A stretch of DNA of 64,000 nt from contig CM052817.1 in NCBI GenBank assembly GCA_028534125.1, positions 28,770,001-28,834,000 on the forward strand. The letters are read 5' to 3'. This document shows, one piece after another, positions 39,014 to 53,472 of the stretch. The notes below the pieces were generated by a model. It searched no databases and was not told where the DNA came from. It saw only the letters and a program-made list of their open reading frames with translations. This DNA comes from Lama glama. Lineage: Eukaryota. The position numbers and the translations under genes are program-made. Every line of letters begins with the position of its first letter. The stretch's first letter is position 1.

Positions 39014-39889
39014 CAGTGGCCTAAAGAAGGGTAGGACAGTGGAATCCACCTGCCCCCCGTAGGCAATAAGGTTGGTACCCTGTAGACAAATTAAAAACAA
39101 TAATAAAATTTAACAAAAGTTTGTCCTTTTATTACTACCATGCACGGGTAATTCTCAACAATTTCCATGATAAAATACTCTTCTGTGAAAACATCTTTTG
39201 TTTGACTAAGTTCTAAATAATTCTACAGTCACTAGCAAGTTTTAATAATTCTGTGTAAGCTTCAAATTAACACATTTCTGTTACATACCCTATAGTAAAC
39301 ATATTATTCTACATGGGAATTCATTCATTCTGAGAAGTCGCAGTTAGGGACTGTGGGCCTCTGACCCACGTGGACTCAGCTGTATGCATCTCTTTTTAAG
39401 TTAAGTTCCTAAGGATTCAGATTGATCACAAGGTCTCAGGAAACATTTTTGGCTTTATCTCAGTGGTAATACATATTCCTTAGTTTAAACAAAAACTTAA
39501 ATAAGTAATAATGCCACAATGATTACAAAAATAGAGAAACCAAACTTGAATTATTTGACTTCTGCCATTCTATGTTACCACTTGGCTTTAAAACTTTGCA
39601 TTTAAAACTTTTTTAACAGTAAAACAGAGTGAGAAATGCAAAGTGCAATATTTTTGTTTGGTGAGAACAAGTTTTATTTACTAGATTAACTATTTATTGA
39701 TTTAAAGAAAGTTCAAATTTACGTTTTTTTCCAAAAATTTAATTGTCTTAAAATGAAACAGTTAATTGAGAAAAGGATTGTCATTGAACATTACATGACT
39801 CTTACTGAAAATAATTTTGACAGACAGTAGAGACGAGGTGTTAAAAAATGACCCACACTGATGTTTTAAATACTCTAGGTATTCCATTG
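39014..39889. mobile_element. hAT-Tip100 DNA transposon fossil (Zaphod/MER115-like), inserted in a MIR
   Basis: Begins cagtggc...aggcaataagg...tgtag..aattaaaaacaataataaaa and ends gtgttaaaaaatgaccc...ctaggtattccattg (degenerate terminal inverted repeats). A MIR continues at 39890. Confidence 0.7.
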
Positions 39890-40075
39890 GGACAGAATAC
39901 TTGAGTCCAAATCTCAGCCCAGTTACTTACTGTCTTTGTAACTTTGGGCAAGAGATTAAGTTTCTTTACTTGTAATGTGAAAAATTAAAAAAAAAACTAA
40001 CTAATTGGATTGTGTTGAGTATTAAATGAGTTCGTTCAAGCAGTTAGAACACTGCCTGGCAAATATTAAGTGACT
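39890..40075 (+). mobile_element. MIR SINE
   Basis: ttgagtccaaatctcagcccagttacttact...aactttgggcaag...attaaatgag...gttagaacactgcctggca. Confidence 0.8.
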
Positions 40076-42004
40076 GCTGTGTTCCATGTTATGGATATTC
40101 ATTGGAAGACATGACACACCAGCACCACCTACATTAAGTACCTCAAAATGCTAATTCTAAGAAATGCTCAAGGAAAAGAAGGTTATATTAAAACCCAAAT
40201 AAAATAAATGAAAGGAAATATCTTTACATGAAAACCCTAAATTAGACAGTCACAATTTACATTAGGTATAAAAGACTCCACTGCAAGCAAGAACACTTCT
40301 AAATTTGGTTTTATCCTCCATTTCCCTTATCTAGACCATGGAATCCTCTTCAAGAAATACTCATTAGTGTACCACAGAAAACAGATTCACGGAGTGAATT
40401 CATTCATTCATTCATTCATTCATTCAACAAAAACTTACCGAGTAACATCCAAATAGCAAACAACCATACCGGCCTGCAGACAATCTGGAGGGGAACTGGA
40501 CACCACTTTTTCCCTAATAATTAATGATAAACATCAAAGTTCCACTGTACTTTCCTAAACATTTTTAGTTCATTATTTCGTTTTTCAAACTCTCACCTCA
40601 ATCTTATATAGAGACAGTGAACTCTATTTTAAAGATAAAAAGCCTGAGGTTTAGAACCACCCAACTAGTAAGTTCTGGAACAGGACTCTGGACCAAGATA
40701 ATCCCTGACTCCAAAATCTGTGCTCTTACTATGCCACTATATTCTTATGTATATTTTAATCTGTTCCTAAAGGATTTACTATCTGGAAAAAGCAACACAT
40801 TTTTATAGGAAGGTAAAACCATAGTTCTTTAATTTTTCTCTTGTTCCTTGCCTTCCAGAAACCTCAGAGCTAAGGAATGTGCTCAGTTCTAAAAACTTAA
40901 GTCTTAGTTTCTTGACACCCATGACCCTCTCTCTGTTTTTCATTACTTTGGGTTTTCTCTACTGTCTTTGAACATTTGACTTATACCAGCATGTTCACAC
41001 AGGTACGTACATAAATTAAGCCAAGTCCATCAGGGAGGTTACAGGTGGGAATGTTAGAGAAAAAACGTTCCAAGTATATAATAATTATATGTATCAACAT
41101 CGAATCACTCACAAATGATGCCATATTCTGTAACTACTCCTATTTTCTGTAACTACTCTGAGTATGTCCCCAGTACGTGTCAGGGTTTCTTCTGTTCTGC
41201 CATTGGTCTTTTACTAACCCCACTTTCTTTTCATTCCTATTGCAGGAACAGAAAGGTGGCTGTGGTGTGCTTTTTATAGGCAATAAATGCTTATTAAAAA
41301 GTCAAACTATTGACAGGATAGAATAGCAATTACTTTAATATTGATTACAAGGGCAATGGTGAAAAATGAAGGGGGCAGCATATTTATAGAGACAATGAGG
41401 AAACAGTTTAGAAACTTATAGAAGAGTCAATAGTCATTGGCTCTCTGGCCTCATCCTGGAAAGTCATCCAAACGTCCTTTAAAATTCTGTTGGAGCTGGA
41501 AAACCTATCACATCCACATTGACCAATAACATTCAGGTTGAAATGAAAACAGCCTGAAATCAGAAATGATGAGAGTAACAGTGACCAGTTTGACAGTCAA
41601 TCCAAGGCCTCATCTCTGTCCTCATCTTTCCTGACCTCTCAACCATGACTGAGAGTTGACCACTCTGTCTCCATTATTCCTCATCTGTGCAGAGGACAGA
41701 CTTCACTGGCTACCAAAACCTTCTGCTCACTTGCCCCAATGTTTTCATTACTGATATGCTGTGGTTCATTTCTAGACTCTCTGATCTCTGGTCTTGTTCC
41801 TTGTACTTTTACATTTGGGACACTCCCCTCTTAGAATCTGTCAGATACACATGGACTAGTGGCAAGAGTGTAGGCCTGGGGATCAAAGACCCCTGGTCTT
41901 AATACCCATTACACATACCAGCTGTGTGATCTACAATGCCTTTAAGCCTCACTTTTCCTTTAAGCCTCACTTTTATCTGTGAAATGGAGATGATATCTGT
42001 AACT

Positions 42005-42531
42005 ATTCGTTTTCTATTGCTGCCATAACTCAATACCACAAACTTAGTAGTTTAAAATAACACCCATTTATTATGTCATCATTTTCGTGGGTCAGAAGCT
42101 CAGGCACAGTGTGATTCAATGGATTTCTCTGCTTAAGTTCTCATAAGGCTGAAATCAAGGTTTTGGTGATGCTGTGTGCCAAACTGGAGGTTTGACAGAA
42201 AAAATACATTCAAGTTCATTCGGGACATTGAAAAATTCAGTTCCTTCCCACGATTTCCATGTGATTCCCTCTATCTTCAAGCCAGTAAAGGTGCTTAGAA
42301 TCTCTCTCATGATTCAAATCTCATTGACTTTCTTTCTCTGCTCTGAGCTGAGAGAAAGATCTGCTTTTAAGAGCTCAGTGATACACTGGGTCCACAAGGA
42401 TAATACAGATACTCTATCTATAATCAATTTATTAGTAACTTTAATTACATTTCTTTTGCAATGAACATAATGTATTTATGAAAATGATGCCAGGAGACAA
42501 AGGTCATGGGGGCCAAAATTCTGTCTACTGC
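42005..42531 (-). mobile_element. MLT1 (D/E-like) solo LTR inserted in a MIR (41850-42000, resuming ~42533)
   Basis: ttttctattgctgccataac...ccacaaacttagtagtttaaaataacacccatttatt...aaggctgaaatcaagg...ggggccaaaattctgtctac. Confidence 0.85.
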
Positions 42532-45500
42532 CAAGGATTAATGTGAAGATCAAATGAGAAAACACATGTGTAGGCTGAAGATCTCCATGGTGAAAGATAC
42601 AAAACACATTATAAATAAATGTATTGTTTTCTGGGCTCACTCTACAACATGCATGCGTGTGCACACACACTTCTTTTAGCTTTGATATGTTGGCTTATAT
42701 CTTTCCTTAAAAGATTAGATGGATCCACTAAGATGAAATGTAGCTTTTTATCCCAATTTCATTTAGAAAGGTATTAATGCATTAAATATCAACCAAAAAT
42801 CTTTATTATTTTTCCTTAATTTTTATGATCAACTTGTATCTAAGCTTTTAGCTCCTACTTTAACCTGGGACTGATAAAGGATTGGGGAATTTTCAATCAC
42901 CTTGGACAAGACACTGAAACATAAAATTCCTTGGCCCAGAGAACTGCTCATGGACAAGAACTACTGGGAAAACAGATTTATCTGTCTCTCTGAGGAACTA
43001 AGAAATTTCAAAGAGCATGGCTGAGGCTAAAACACATCTATATTAGGACTATGTTAACTAGAGAGAGCCATGGCTTTTCTTCTCCAATGAAATTGGAAGA
43101 AGTCACTGGAAAATAGACAATTTTATACTGCAAGTTTTTGGGCATTTTTTTCACTCCACACCAATTCAAATTTTAAAGCAAATGGTGTTATCTTCCACTC
43201 TCCCCACTCAACTTTTCCATCACTATTGAGAGCGACATGCTTTCCTCAGATTTAGGACCATCCAGGCACTCAAACTCGAATGATGGCAATTATTAATCTC
43301 ACTACTGAGGATCAAGAAAACAAATGAGATGCTTCAGAGGGAGGAAGAAGTCAAGACCTCCTTCACAGCTACCTTGGGCTAGGACGACTATCACAGGGAA
43401 TCAAGTTGTGGAACAGGATGGGTACATGTGCTACAGACACTCTTTCCATTATGATCCCATAGGTCCTGTCAAATCTAGATGAAATTCTTGCCCCCTGCTA
43501 CTGAAATTGTGCCCTTGGTTTTCTTCATGGGTTCCTTGGGTTCATGTACATCATTTCAGCATAAGGTAAAATTGATAGAAAAAGGAATTGTAGTTGCAGA
43601 GTTTCATTAGGAATAAAATGGAAAGTAAGATGGTATTTCTACAGGTAGAGTATTCCTCCAAGAAAACTGTCATTTTTACCATGATAGAGTTCAGAACTAT
43701 GAGATTCCAAATGACCTAATCCAACTATGTTGTTTTAAAAAAAATAGTAAATTGAGGCTAAGAGAAGCCAAGTAATTTGCCTAAAGTGGGACAACTTAAT
43801 CAGAGCCAGTGAGGATCTGCACAAGGGAGGGCAATATGATGTTCCTTCCACGATGCCACACCCCCTTCAAAATTCTGTTAACCTTGGTCAGTTTGTGAAA
43901 CTGTCTTTGGTTATCTGCACCCAAATTAATCAGTGCTGATCACATCTGCATTCCTGATTGTTGGAGATTTATTGATTGCAACCGAGTTAAAGTTATGGGT
44001 TGCTTTTTCATATAGAATGCATTCTCAATGGTTTCCATTTCATAAAGTGTACATATTTTCCTACCCAGACTTAGAAGAAATGTATGTCCTTCTCCCTCCC
44101 TTCTAAAGACTAAACTGTAAATGGCTCAAGTTGCAGAGATATTTGCTTTTAGCAACTTCTCCTGGACACTACTCTGAACAAACTGATGTATACACTCATT
44201 AAATACTGGGGTTTGACTGATAAGCCTTTTCGGCATGCCTTCTTCTGTCTAATGATATTAAGACAGAGTTCCCAATTTGCACCTGTGGTGATTTACTGTT
44301 CCTGCCCCAAGAGTAATGATGGAAAATGCTTTTCCACTATCATTTAATTAGCCCAGAATCCTAGTAGAAATTAGTCTTAAAAATGTACCAGCAGAGAAAA
44401 GATTGAGAGCAGCTATAAAGAACCCTGCACCAACTCTGGACAGCTTTAATAGCACAGCATTGGCATTAAACACTATCAATAATGGAAGTAATCCTTTATC
44501 ATAAAAGAGTTAGAAGCAGACATCCTTAGCTTTTTGGGGACCTGCAGTCCCTATCTGCATAATGAAGAGGCTGGGCTAGCACATTTGAAATATTCATCCC
44601 CCAAAAGATGCCCTAAAACAAAGTGGCCCTGAGGTTTATTACCATGCTAATAAATATTCTAAAATGAATGGGAAATAATTCCAAACAATGATGAAAATCT
44701 GGCTTGCTTAACTACGTATGTCTTGTCATACAATAGCTTCAATCTTATAAGTCCCCATGTACCAGCAAAGTATCCAATCACTTAAAAATATGAAGCATAT
44801 TTGTGATTGTTCTCCTGCTTTTTATACAGCAAATATACATTCATCTGGAATGGTTAATTAAAAAATTAGGGTAACAGCCCAGGACTGATATGCTCTTAAA
44901 AACTAAATAAGAGTTAACAATATTTAAATAATTAAAGTACAATAAAATACTAAATATTGAAGCCATAGTGAACAAAACAGATACTATGATATGCTTTAGA
45001 ATTACATAGTGATTTTGAGTCGTATTATTTAAAAAAAAGGAAAACTCGATAAATTTTGAATCTTTGCACTTTCCAGCTCACGATAAAAGTGAAGAAACCT
45101 CTAATAAAGAATAATATCAAGCAAATAATAATACAGGACTTTTCTTCCTTAATCTAGCAGTCAAAATACATCCAATTCTTTATAAGAAAAACGTATCTTT
45201 TGCCTTTATGTTCTTTTGTATTCTCTTCAGTAAGCTGAAAAATTAGAGACATACTGGGTATCACACAATCAAAAGGAGGTAGTGTACCAGTTACATCTCT
45301 GCTTCTCAGGCATGTAGATGCAAATACACAAACAAATTTCAATACCAGATTTATGGTAATGTCTTCAGTTTTGATTTTTAACAAATCTGAAAGTCAATCA
45401 TGGTAGATTCAACTACAAGACTGCACAAGTCATGTATCTAAAATGAGGTGAAAAATTATTTTATAACAGCACATTGAAGTAGAGGGTTTTAGATTTTTAA

Positions 45501-46159
45501 TTATATGAATACCTGATTCACAGAGAACCTAATAAATATAAATGGTTCAGAAGTGCTGTTTTTTTCTTTAAACAAACTGCACAAACTTGAAAGAAAAATC
45601 TATGGAAACCAAGCAAAAAGTAAAATCTATTTCCTGACTAAACTAAACTTCACATATATACCAAGGTACAAGTCAATTTCAAAATTCTTATTATAGAGAA
45701 GAGTTATTGCTCTCTATGGAGCAAGGCAGTAACGTCAGATGGTTAGAAATAAGAGTTCCAGTGCACCTGGTAGATTTCTTAATTTCAAGAATGAAAGATA
45801 ATTTTAGTCTGAGAATATTTTATAAAAACTGTTATGGAAAGCAATGTTTTTTGACTAGTCAATCATTTCAAGACCTAAATTTTATCATTTAAGTTATTTT
45901 GATATTTTTTCATTTTACAGCACTGGACAAATAGCACAGTACTTAAAATTTCCCATTTAAAAGCATGACTAGAGAGATAATCACTTAAAAATATTAATGT
46001 ATAGTTCTATAGTAGACTTGAGTTTGCAAAACATTTTTTTTTTTACCTTTTCTTACTTAATCTTCCCTGAAATTTTCCCTTTTTACAGAAGAGAAAAATT
46101 AAGACTTTCTGTCTGCAAGTGGCTTTGCTTTCTATTTCTCTGAAACAATTGAAAAAAAT

Positions 46160-47230
46160 GTATGTGGAAAAAATTCTGTAGAGTTCCACATCTACCCATC
46201 TGAGTAACTGTACCCACTTTCTCTGCGTTTTTGCAAATGAACCACTTGTGGCCTGTCTAAAGCCATTCTCTCTACTTGGAAAGCAAATCCTATTCTCTCT
46301 CACAAACTCACATATCTTGCTCAAGCATTTATCACCTCTCTTCCATATCAACTTTTTTTGTTGTTTTTTAATGCACACATCCATCAACACAAAAATAATA
46401 CAAATGTGGTATAATTTCTTCCATTTAAAACAAACAACACTTGATTTTACTCCATTTCCTGCTGCAGCCACGATCCAAGTAATTTTTTTACCTGTCCAAT
46501 AAAACTCCTTGAAAGAGATGTTTGTATTTGCTGTCTCCAATTCCTCTCTTCCTATTCTCTCCTAATCTACGCCGGTTCACAAGGTCAACAAGAACTTACT
46601 AGTTGCCAAATTCAATGGTCCCTTCTCAGCTCTCATCTTCCTTGACAACTTAGCACCATTTGACATGGCTAATCTATCCCATTTCTCATTACATGCTCTT
46701 GACTAGACTTTTTGAACACCACACTCACTGGTCATTCCCTCTCAATCTCCTTTGCAGCCTTCTTCTCTTTTTCTAAAACCTCTTAACATTCTAGGGTTCT
46801 CTAGTTCAGATCTTACCCTCTTTTCATTGTTGTCTATGTTCAGTCCCTTAGTAAACATAGAAAGCCTCATGACTTTAACTACCAAGTACATTCCAACAAC
46901 TCACAGAATCTTATCTCAACCCAGACCTTCTCAACTCCAGGGTCATATATCCAACTCTAAGACATTGCAAATTTAACATGTTCAAAACTGAATTCCTGAT
47001 CTCCTCTTCCAAATATACCCCAACCTTAGCTTCTCCCATTTTAATTGAGGATTCAACTCTATCCTTCTAGTGGCTCAGGCTAAAGATCTTGGAGTCATCC
47101 TTAAATCCTTTTTCTGTCACAATATATCTGTCAGGAATTGCTGTTGGTGTTATCCTCAAAATACATCCACAATTGACTACTTCTCATCATGTCCAATACT
47201 ACCACCCGTGTTTCTCACTTACAATGATGC
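46160..47230 (+). mobile_element. L2 LINE fragment
   Basis: aaaactccttgaaagag, aaggtcaac...gttgccaaattcaatggtc, aacatgttcaaaactgaattcctgatct, tggctcaggctaaagatcttggagtcatcc. Confidence 0.85.
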
Positions 47231-47259
47231 AATAGTCTCCTTAACACATAAAAAGTCCA

Positions 47260-47670
47260 GTGTGGTGGGGCATGTGGATGAGGGAAAGAGGAGATGGGCT
47301 ATCAGAGAGAAAGGTCAGAGGTAGATTCCTGTAGACTTTTTAGGTAAAGGTAAGAAGCTTAGATCTCATGCTACTATGACAGGAATCTACTGTAGTACTT
47401 TAAGCAGGAAAGTGACGTGACCTGATCTGTGTTTTAAAGATTACTCTGCTCCTGGTGGGAAGATGGAACGGTATAGAAGCAATGGTCAAAACAGAATGGA
47501 AAGAGATGTTAATGAGAATGGGTATGGAAATTATAGGGCTGATTCAGGATTAGGGGTAGAGACCACAGGGCTTGTTCATGAATTGGCTGAGAGAAGGTGA
47601 AGGAAAGAGAAATTAATGTTTCTCCTGGACATTTAGCCAAGCAACCTGGTAGGTAATGTTATTTACTCAA
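47260..47670 (-). mobile_element. L2 LINE fragment
   Basis: tttaagcaggaaagtgacgtgacctgatctgtgttttaaagattactctg. Confidence 0.75.
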
Positions 47671-49559
47671 TGGGGATTCATTTACTATAGTTTTATGGCA
47701 TCTTCAAAGGAATAACCCAAAGACTATTTATTCTCACTTTAAAACCATAAAAACTTGCATACATTCAATGAAAATTGAGATTTTAAAAATTATTATATAT
47801 ATTTCATATATTTAATAATGCTTCTCTGCTTTAAAATGAACTCTTTAATGATATCTTGGTCTTATTAATAAACTACTTCCTACAAGCTTCGAATCATAGA
47901 GTGGAAAGTGTCTATAAGGTTTAATATTTCTCCAATATTTGGCTAACCTATGCGCTAAAAATTCCAAGGAAGGAAATTCATTCACCACAGGGACTCTAGG
48001 ACAATCTTTAAACTCATCTAATCATTAAAGCACTTTTCTCTGTATTGAACCAAAATCTACCTCCTGGAGTATTTATCTAACAGTCCTGATTCTGCCATCT
48101 GTGGTAAATAAATAGTGTCTAATCTAGGATAAACAGTATTTGCCACTTTAGCACCACTTTTCATTCTTCAGCTCAGAGAAGACATTGCTAATTGATCAAC
48201 ATACCCTCCCTTGCTGATCCAGCAGTGGCTTCAGGATCACTCTCAACAAAGTACTCTTGGCAGCCACTACAAATCAAGAGAAGATAAATGGAATTCCTCC
48301 AAATCAAAAAAATGTTTATTGAGTGCTTATTATGTTTCTACCCTTAAGGAACTCACATAATAGACTTATATGTAGATGATTATAAAATAATTTCATAAAT
48401 ACTATCTAAAAGGAAGTGCAGAATACTTTGAAAGCACAGAAAAGGTCACCTAGCCCAGATTAAACAGATTAAGGAAGAACTGTCTTCTTGCTAACAGTCC
48501 TTTAGATATTATATATCTTTCATTTTCTTTCTCCAAGCTAAATGTCCTTAGTATCCTCAATGTTAAAATATATCAGGGAAAGATTTCTAATCCTTTTCTA
48601 TGTACAAGGCATTTATGACTTGCCCATAATTAACACTAGAAGATAGTTGAGAAATGACTGCACAGTTCTAATGTGAAAATATAAATCAAGAATTGTATAC
48701 TTAGTCAAGTACTCCTCCATCTATAATTAGCAGAGACACTGGCCACTATTCAAGAGATTAGCAATTTAGCCCATGGAAGCACTTCATTAAAACCACACAG
48801 ACATACAAACTGACAATGAAATCTAGCCAATGAGGAGATTAATCAGAATAGCTCAGAAATGAATCAGTGATAAATCAAAAATAGAAACATGGTGATAAAT
48901 CAAAAGTATCCAATGATGAGTGCCTAATGTAGTTAAATGCAGAAATTAAGCATCTGTGGACTTTGTAAGGTGATAATTTCCTCTTCTTCCCTAGCAGTGA
49001 GTCAGTGGGTCCTTTACATAATACAAAAATATATCAACACCAAGTGACATAGATGTTACTTTAGAAGTATTTGGAAGTAATTTTATCTTTTTATGAAGAA
49101 ACATTCAAGATTCTTTCAGTTTTACTTCTGTTCTTTTTATTTCAGTTACATTGAAGTAAAAATTATATCAATGTTTTCTATCTTCAAGTGAAAATGCACC
49201 ATCCCATTTCCAAAAGTCATGTCTTTCTAACCAACCATTTAACTTCACTCTTCCTTTCTGTGAACATATTAAGAGATGTAGATGTATAATCTATTCAGAA
49301 AAGATGGGTAATGAGAAGTCAGATTTTGAGCCTTATTTCAATTTTTCTTGTAAATATGTATAACTTTCATAAAAAAGTAAAGTAAGTTTACTTTAAAGAA
49401 CAATAGTCTAAAAATCTATATTTTAATTTTAGTCTTATTTCTTGTTCTGAATATTTTCAGAATTCTCATCTGTAAATAGGGATACTGTCTATCTCACAGA
49501 TTGTTGTGAGCTTTAAACAAATTGATCTGTAAAACGCTCTCTTAACAGTTTAATGTTTC

Positions 49560-49715
49560 ATATTCATACCTACATATACATATCATATAAATATATGTCA
49601 TATTATTATGTAATACACAATATAAATATATATTAACGTAAGAGTATAAAATTAATAGTAGTATGTATTAATGTCATGATATATTAATATAACATAATCA
49701 TATTAACATTATATG
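49560..49715. repeat. AT-rich low-complexity region
   Basis: Almost entirely (TA)-rich degenerate sequence. Confidence 0.8.
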
Positions 49716-52700
49716 GAAACTACACCTCAGCAGTAGTAATCTCTCACAATATATTAATTATGACAACCTGGGCATAAATGATCATAGACCAAAGCACAAG
49801 GAAAAATTAAATACAAGTCAAAATACAAAACTGGTACAATTGTTCTTAGATAAAACAAGACTGATCCAACTTATCCATCACTGAAACACAATTAGATCAT
49901 GATACACATTTTTCTTTAGTGACTAGTTACCAGATTTAGGTACATTGGGGGAAAAAAATCCAAGCAGTATCAAGTAAGACTTAGTCTTCATTAATAGCTC
50001 TTCAGCTTGAAAGGGCCTATTTTTCTAACCATTACATAGCTTCTATGGGATTAAATTTTATCTCAGAAATATCAGTTATTCCCAAATAATTATTTTAATT
50101 ATAAATTTAAATAATAAAGCACTTAGCTGATTACAGCTGTATGTTTACATAGGGACTATGGGAAACAATTTTTCTGCATCTTTTGTGGTTGAAATCCTTT
50201 TCAACCCTCCTTGTAAATAAATTTCTAATTATTAAGAGACTGGAGATAATCATTGTAGATCATTAAGAAATGCTGACAAAATACTGCACAAGAAAATATA
50301 AATAAATTTCAGCTAGTTAAAAGAAATGACCAAAATCTGAACCAATGGAAACCTTATCTAAGCACAGGATTATTATGGACACTAACATCTCTGTTCTTCT
50401 AACTTTATTTTTTCCAAATAATGTATTTTTCTCCTGAAAACTATGTTAAGAGATTTTTTTCCTTCTTAGTTGAGGGCCTTTTCCCAGTCAGAGTTGTCAA
50501 ATATAATCTACCAAATTACTGAGCTCAAATTATTTCCAAAAGAAATTTAAAACCAGATTAATTTACCCTCCACACTTAACTGGAGACAATTAACCTTAAC
50601 TGTGGCCAAGAATTTGAATCCAGTTCTGCATCCTGATTTGGGTTTGATTTGGGCAAACAGTCATTAGTAGCTATAGATTCAAGCATGGAAGCCATGAAGG
50701 TGTAATTGCTAGAAGCAGCACTGAAAAGACATAAAGAAAACTGATTCCTGAAAGAAGATGTCAGGGAGAAACAAATGTTCTTTACTACCTAGTAAGCTAG
50801 ACTTGTCAGGTTTTGATTTTTTTTCCCTGGGAATCTGATGTGGTGGGTTGGTTGATAATATTTTAATCAATTGATTGATTTCAAAGAAAAAGACCCAAGA
50901 ATGTTTTTAACTTGAGCCAAAAAATGAAGTAAACAGTTGAAAATACTGGAGAATAGCTACTTGAAAATTCTTTTATCATCCTGGAGTTAAAGAACAGGAT
51001 ACAGCACTAAAATACTGTCAGACAGCCTATAGGAAGCCAATCAAAAAGGAGAATTCCTTATCCGAAATGTTGTAAAAAAGAATTATTGCATTGAGAGTGA
51101 GATAAGTCCATTTATCCATTTGTTCAACAGTCTTCATGAACATTTACTTGTGCTAACTTAATTATCAATTCAAAAATTTCACATGACTAATAATTAAAAT
51201 TTAAATTAATGCAATATTATGTCTTTTGCTTAAATATTGACAAAGATAAGCTTCGAGGTTGGCAAGAGTTTTGTGAAGTTGCCATTAAAAAAATTAAGAT
51301 GTAAGTGATACTGTGTTATTGTGGATTTAAATCACAGAAATGATTTGATACATGTAGGTTCTACATAACTATACGGAAGGAAAAATGAACAATTACATTA
51401 CTACTTCCTGGATGTCCCTTCTCATGGTATATCTGAATCCCTGGGGTCCTGTGATAATGTTGGGAAAATGAAAGCCAATCTGACACTTACAAACATAGTA
51501 GATTTTATGACTTTCACTTGCCCACTGATACCTAGGAGCCATCAAAGAACTCTCAATTTCAAAATATAGGAACACATTCTGAATTAGGCTTTTATAAATC
51601 AAAACAAGATTTCTTCATTATAATGAGATAAAATGTTTTCTTAAAACAAAATCTATTCTTTTCTCATGCCATCCAGTTCAAATTCAGTTTCTTATCACCC
51701 TCTAGCATCATAGCAATTGGTGAGATTATCTGGTTTTGATTTATAATAGCACTGGCTCACTATGAAACTGAGTACCTATTTATGAATACTGAAGAAAACT
51801 TCCTGATGGAACCTGATTTTCTTGACAACTTATCCCCTAAGGTGTCACTTGAGTTCTCAACAAATATCATCATCAACAGAATGGAAGAATGCTGACTCTG
51901 CATAACATCCTTTATATTGATTTGCGTACAAGTTTTCCAACTTCAGTTTTAAAGTTGGACTTGTTTTCCTAAGTGAATCTTATGCAAAGCCCAACATACA
52001 GAACAGATAAAAGTGGAACTGATTAAAAAAAAAATGGAGAAATCATCATGCTTCATGTTTAAGGTCCCACTTTTCCCTGGTAAAATCCTGAGGTATGTCT
52101 ATTGAATCTTAAGGCGAAGGAGAACTCAATTAATACACCACAGAAATAGGGAAAAGGTAAGACAAAATATTCTGGGACTAGAGGAGATAAAAGGCTATTA
52201 GAGACAGAGAAACTAGAGGGTGACACTAAGACGCTGGCAATCTTAGTTGGCTACGGGCTCAATGGCATTTAAATGTGAGGACCCTGAGACCCCTCTATTC
52301 AGGTCTTTTGATGTCATCTTTATTGAACTGACAGTTTCTGGGAAAGGGAAGGAAAGTAATGAAAAAAAAATTCTAATAATCATTTATAATCCTATTATAA
52401 TATGTTTCAAAGTGATATATTAATGACTTATGAAACATTATAATTTACAAATCAGTTCCATTTATTAAAGAAAGGAATAACTAAGATCCAGTATAATCTG
52501 TAGACTATTTTCCTGACCCTTAACAAGTTCACAAGATTTCTTGACATCTCTGATAACACAGTGATGAATGGTATCACCAGTGCTCCACTAATACTATTTT
52601 CCCTGAATTCCAATAAAGACACCAGAAAGCTGAGTACTTTTCCCCCCAATCTTCAGTTTCTGTGATTTTTCTGAAAAATCATTTTGAATGTTTCCCACAG

Positions 52701-53472
52701 TGATAATCCAAAATCAAAAGGTGCAAATTTTCTCAAAAAATTCAAAAACAATGAGAGCCCAACAATTATTTTATCCTCAGGGTCACACAGTTCCCTTTAT
52801 GTGAGGCATAATCTGAAATAGTCCAGTAGATAGTGGAAAATGATCCCTTTCTATTTTCTCTTCCAAAATTAACACTGCATATTTTAAAGAGTATATTTGG
52901 TGCTACAGAAGCAGTGTACTTTCACAAATATTTTAGGAATATCTGTGTGCCAAGCACTAGACTGACATCATAAAAACCCAAATAACACATTCAATAATTC
53001 AATTAAGATAATAACATATAAAGCATCCTATCAATGAAAAGCACTAATTCAAAAAATAATTTAAAATACTATAAGAAAAGCAAAAGCATTTCACAAATAG
53101 GTACATTCAGTAAATGGAACAAATTAAAATAAAATGGCCTAAATAGTAATATTCTTAACAAACTTGTAAAAGTAGAATAGCCACTTAAATTTCAATTTAC
53201 TTTGCAAAATTAATTTCTGTTTTCTATGAAAAAAAACTTTTTTTTTAATGTAACATGGTTTCCTGCTTCTAAGATGCACTTTTTTTTTCTATTTAAATAG
53301 CTATCTACATTTATTATTACAGTACTATTATATCTTTTTTCCTTTGGTAAACTATTAAATAGCACCTTAAGATCAATGAAACATAGTACATATGTATGTT
53401 TTCTATTTTGGGGGGCAAACACTAATTTACCATATCCTTGTATTTTAACACATATTTGAAAAATAATGTCCC

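Noticed and set aside
4750..41124. Phase-compatible minus-strand exon chain 41124-41113 (MASF) + 32261-32179 + 4853-~4750, giving a ~65-aa peptide
   Set aside because: It was picked by eye from many candidates. The middle exon lacks a polypyrimidine tract, the peptide is unrecognisable, and phase agreement is expected by chance.
44352..44487. Short segments open on both strands with splice-like ends; similar candidates at 33621-33664, 51491-51531, 55272-55388, 56805-56922 and 61234-61264
   Set aside because: Splice sites are weak or in-frame stops occur, no protein is recognisable, and there is no coherent gene model.
46043..46540. 165-aa minus-strand ORF, the longest outside the gap
   Set aside because: It is antisense to an L2 fragment, has a non-ATG start and random-looking composition.
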